Position numbers and translations under genes: made by a program. A model generated the notes under the pieces. The model saw nothing but the letters and a program-made list of their open reading frames with translations. It did no database searches and was not told where the DNA came from. 64,000 nucleotides of DNA from Ostrea edulis (taxonomy: Eukaryota): NCBI RefSeq assembly GCF_947568905.1, contig NC_079172.1, forward strand, positions 41,044,001 through 41,108,000, given 5' to 3'. The first letter of the stretch is position 1, and each line of letters starts with the position of its first letter. This document shows positions 60,190 through 64,000 of this stretch, piece after piece.

Positions 60190-60860
60190 TTGCTGTGGCC
60201 TTCAATGCGACATTTAGATATATCGACGACGTTTTATCTATTAACAATAAATAATTTTCATTCATATGTCGATTCCATATATCCCGGTGAACTCGAAATA
60301 AAAGACACTACAGAGTTCCCACATCTGCTTCATACTTATATATTTTATTGAAAGTTGATATGAACTGCAAACTAACAATCCAACTTTATGACAAACGGGA
60401 TGATTTCAGCTTCTCTATCGTCAACGTCCAATATTTATGTAGCACTATTCTATTATCACCTGCATATGGTGTTTATATCTCTCAACTGATTCGATACACT
60501 AGAGCTTGTTCTGCGTATTCCAACTGCCTCGTTTAAAGTCAGCATTTCGCAAATTCTATGGTTGTTACAACGATCTAGTTTGTCAATACAACCTATCATT
60601 GGGTCAAATGCTGTCTGACGTGTTTCGTACCAATTGGTAGGCCATTCTTGGCACATTGATGTTGACTACGGATACCTCTATTTATCTGATCAGGATATAG
60701 GGCTCACGGCGGCTGTAACCGGTCGACAGGGGATACTTACGCCTCCTAACGGTAGTCACCTGATCCCATCTCTTGGGTGTGCAGGGATCCGTATTTGCCC
60801 AATTCTCTATTTTGTATTTCTCATAAGAGTTATGAGATTGAACACTGTTCGTTATCATCA
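60190..60860 (+). mobile_element. 5'-truncated decayed PLE
   Basis: AFNATFRYIDDVLSINN...SQLIRYTRACS plus tail. Confidence 0.85.
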
Positions 60861-62531
60861 ACTTTCATTCTTAATCAACAACTTTTAAAGACGATTTCCC
60901 AATTACATATCTCGATGCAAAATTTTTATCCCCTATTATCATCCTATCCTACGAAGGTCCTGATTTGAGCAACCTTGAATTTACACTTTTTCCAGAAGTT
61001 ATCTTGTAAATAAAATTTTTGCTGCCCCAGTGGTTCTCAAAATCAAGATTTTAAGAATGAGTCAACCCTATTGTTGCCATTTCCTGGTTATCTCCCCTTT
61101 AAGGAGAATGACTCTTTGTTTAATGTACGCTAAAAATAAAATAAGAAAAATCAAAGAAAATATTATAATAAACGTTTCATACTTGTTTAATGGAATGTAG
61201 CCCCTCAGGTTTTTTTTTTTTAGAACAGATGCCATGCACAATTTTGTTTCAGTCAAAACCTTTCCTGCCGCCAATAACTCTGTCAATGTCCTCTGCTTCT
61301 ATCGTACTTAGATCTACCAATTTAGTATCAATTTGTTTCTGGGAAATCTCCTGCAAATGTTGATGTAAGTTTTAAAAGAGATAATTCGTTATTGTTAGAG
61401 GTGTTGTTTACTCGTTTGAATTTTCCATTGTTTTGACTTTCGTCGTCATTTTTCTAGGTAATACGTAATTCAATTTAGGGACCCAGAGCTAGGGTGGAAC
61501 CATAATAAGAGATCAGTTTTTTAAATATTGGAATATACAATAAATTAAGTACAAATTCTTTTCCATCAGTTACAGAGCCACACTAAATCAAAATGCAAAA
61601 GATCTTGAGTTTTGTTGATTCAACTTTGTGTTTTTAAATTCAAATTAATAATCCTGGGGTTAGAGTGGATCAAATTCTAACAAAATATACAAAGGAAACA
61701 AACTATTTTGAAAGATATTCTTCTCAAGAACAGCAAGGTAATGTTAATCATATTGGTATTGAGGCATCCCCATGTCCTCCGAATTCAAATTCAGTTATGT
61801 GGTGACCCTTTGGGATCGTTTCGAGCCACAATATGGGATCAAACTTACTTTTAAAGATTAAGAGAACAACAGCAGGACCAAGGTGACTCCGGTTAGTGAT
61901 GTAACCCATGAGTCTCTTGTTTAACAATTGTGTAGAGATAAAGGGATCAATCAATATATTATTTAGTAAGTAATAAACATAACGAGTCAAAGTGTGTTCT
62001 TTTTGGAGGATGTTTGGTTGATATTTTATATCTATAATTCAATTTGGACTGTATTTTAAAAACCAGGCTATCATCCCATTATTTCGTCATTTAGACTAAT
62101 AGACAAAAATACGTACCCTGTGACCAAAGGTATGGCAACACTTGTATTAATTAGATATCAGAGTTCATGCATAACATTTTATTTTGATATGTCGAGTTGA
62201 TAATAGTGCAAAGAAAGGTTTTTTCAAGAAATACTGTTGGTACAAACTTTTAGGATTTAACTCTATACAAGTGCAAACAATGCCAGAGATCTTTAAAATA
62301 CGTCCCTAATACTTCAGAGCTCATACATCTCTTACTGATATGGAAAAGGAATACATGTATATACATCTACTCTCTCTTTCTGTTTATATTTCATTTCATT
62401 TATTGATTGATTTTTTTTTATTACAACCAGTAAGTGAGAATGTTCTGTTCTTGTAATTATGTGTAATGACTAAACATTGACATAAATGGCTAACCTAGTT
62501 TCTCCGGTACAACATTCTAACTAATGCCCCC

Positions 62532-62568
<37 letters not shown>

Positions 62569-62771
62569 GTACACTTTCGTAAGACATTTACATACTCCTA
62601 AGGAATGTAACGGGAATTTTAACAATCATTTTGAATACATTGATAACTGTAAAAGGAAAGTAGATCAGGTATAGGAAAGAAGTATATTTTTATTCTAATT
62701 ATAGTCTGAAAATTTTCAACAGCCATAATCGGACACAATAGTTGCAAAGAATAATCATGTAGGAGAAGCCC

Positions 62772-63026
62772 ATGAATGTCAAATTATTGGAATATGTAAA
62801 AGAAAATATTGTAACAAGAAAGAATTTATCTTTTATTAATGGAGATTTTTACGACTGTCTTGAACACATTGTTAAAAGAAAAATAGATCAGGTGTGGGTT
62901 TTTGTCTCTAATTATAATCCGGAAATTTTCAACAGCTGTAATCAGACACATCCTTTACAAAGATTGATCGATTCTCTCACCAGAGGGCGCGTTACACAAG
63001 CTTCACATACACGGAACTCTGGGTAG
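62772..63026 (+). other. Possible APE/EEP endonuclease relic
   Basis: SFINGDFY...LQRLIDSLTRGRVT resembles the GDFN...QLI..PTR.T motifs of LINE/Helentron endonucleases; weak. Confidence 0.25.
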
Positions 63027-63697
63027 AGAATGAGATTGATCATGTAGGAGACTTTATTTTCGTAATTATTTTTGCAAAATTATGAGAATATGTACAAATA
63101 TTGTAAGAATATTTGGTCAGTTAAAATGAGAAATCCTATGTTTGTTTATAACAAAAATATACGATTTAGTCTGTCCTCCATGACTCATACATGTATATTC
63201 TATTCTGGTTTTTTTTTTCTCTCTTCCTTTTTTCTCCTTATGTGAACATGATTATGTTTGTGTTTCTCTTCTCTGTATCCCTTTTCCCATTGGAATGTAT
63301 CACATGTACTTGACCTCATGTACCACTTATTGTTGGTTTGAGTGAATAATGAAACTTGTAACTTGAACATTCTTCACGTTTACCTGAAATCATGGTTGTG
63401 TGTCGCCAATGACACACAAAACACCAATGATACACGTCTAGTTCTAATCAAGCAACTAATACCAGTAGCTTGAGTGATAATGTTCTGTTCTTGTAATTAT
63501 GTGTAATTTATTTTATGCTATCTTTTTTATTCGTTTATTGATACCTTTCAGTAATTGAGAATGTTCTGTTCTTTTAATTATGTGTTATGACTAAACATTA
63601 TACAAACTGCTATTGTAGTTTCTCCATTTCAACCTTCTAATTAACACCTCACCCCACACGCGCACAAAACACAAACACACACAAACCACACACACAC

Positions 63698-63845
63698 CAA
63701 TCTGATTAAAATAAGATTCTTTGATCCGCTCCGTTATTGTCATGTCGCTACACTTTTTGATCCGCTCCGTTATTGTATGTCGCTACACAAAGTGTAGCGA
63801 CATAACAATAACGGAGCGGATCAAAGATCTTATTTTAATCAGATT

Positions 63846-63846
<1 letters not shown>
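63698..63846. mobile_element. Hairpin MITE inside a (CA)n tract with an internal arm duplication
   Basis: CAATCTGATTAAAATAAGA...TCTTATTTTAATCAGATTG; TTTGATCCGCTCCGTTATTGT.ATGTCGCTACAC is present twice on the left arm. Confidence 0.75.
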
Positions 63847-63881
<35 letters not shown>

Positions 63882-64000
63882 CACACTGTACACATTCATT
63901 CTAACCTAAGAAATGTAAGTTTCTTTTTGTTCATTTATTTATTCATCTATTTAATTGGGGTTTTTTTGTTATTAGAACCAGTAAGGGAGAATGTTCTGTT

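Noticed and set aside
285-64000. Most remaining 60-100 aa ORFs in the track
   Set aside because: Low-complexity AT-rich intron or repeat translations, or antisense/alternate frames of the elements listed, with no motifs.

Overview
AT-rich, intron-rich animal genomic DNA, most likely a bivalve (oyster-like, inferred from the repeat families). The only clear host gene family is a + strand tandem array of SLC5 (sodium:solute symporter, SMCT/SMVT-like) genes. Copy A contributes its 3' 13 exons (968-7992). Copy B has 16 exons and 653 aa (26192-39546), with a GT>AT splice-donor lesion and a WTD>WTY change. Copy C is a frameshifted and interrupted exon 1 (44821-45309), and there is also an older exon-14 relic. 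The rest is dominated by mobile DNA. It includes a decayed Ngaro/DIRS-type tyrosine-recombinase retrotransposon with an SGNH-hydrolase ORF placed upstream of gag, and many Penelope-like (PLE) RT fragments plus a GIY-YIG relic lying 5' of an RT fragment. Two copies of a hammerhead-ribozyme retrozyme are present, one with two ribozymes 351 nt apart and a 5-bp TSD. Also present are Kolobok-like TTAA MITEs, long-TIR foldback elements, an L2/CR1-type LINE fragment, tRNA-derived SINEs, hairpin MITEs, a ~170-bp satellite, a 171-N gap and a second non-coding segmental duplication. Paralogous empty sites inside the window let several insertions be delimited exactly. All calls are by eye from the sequence and ORF track; no database searches were run.
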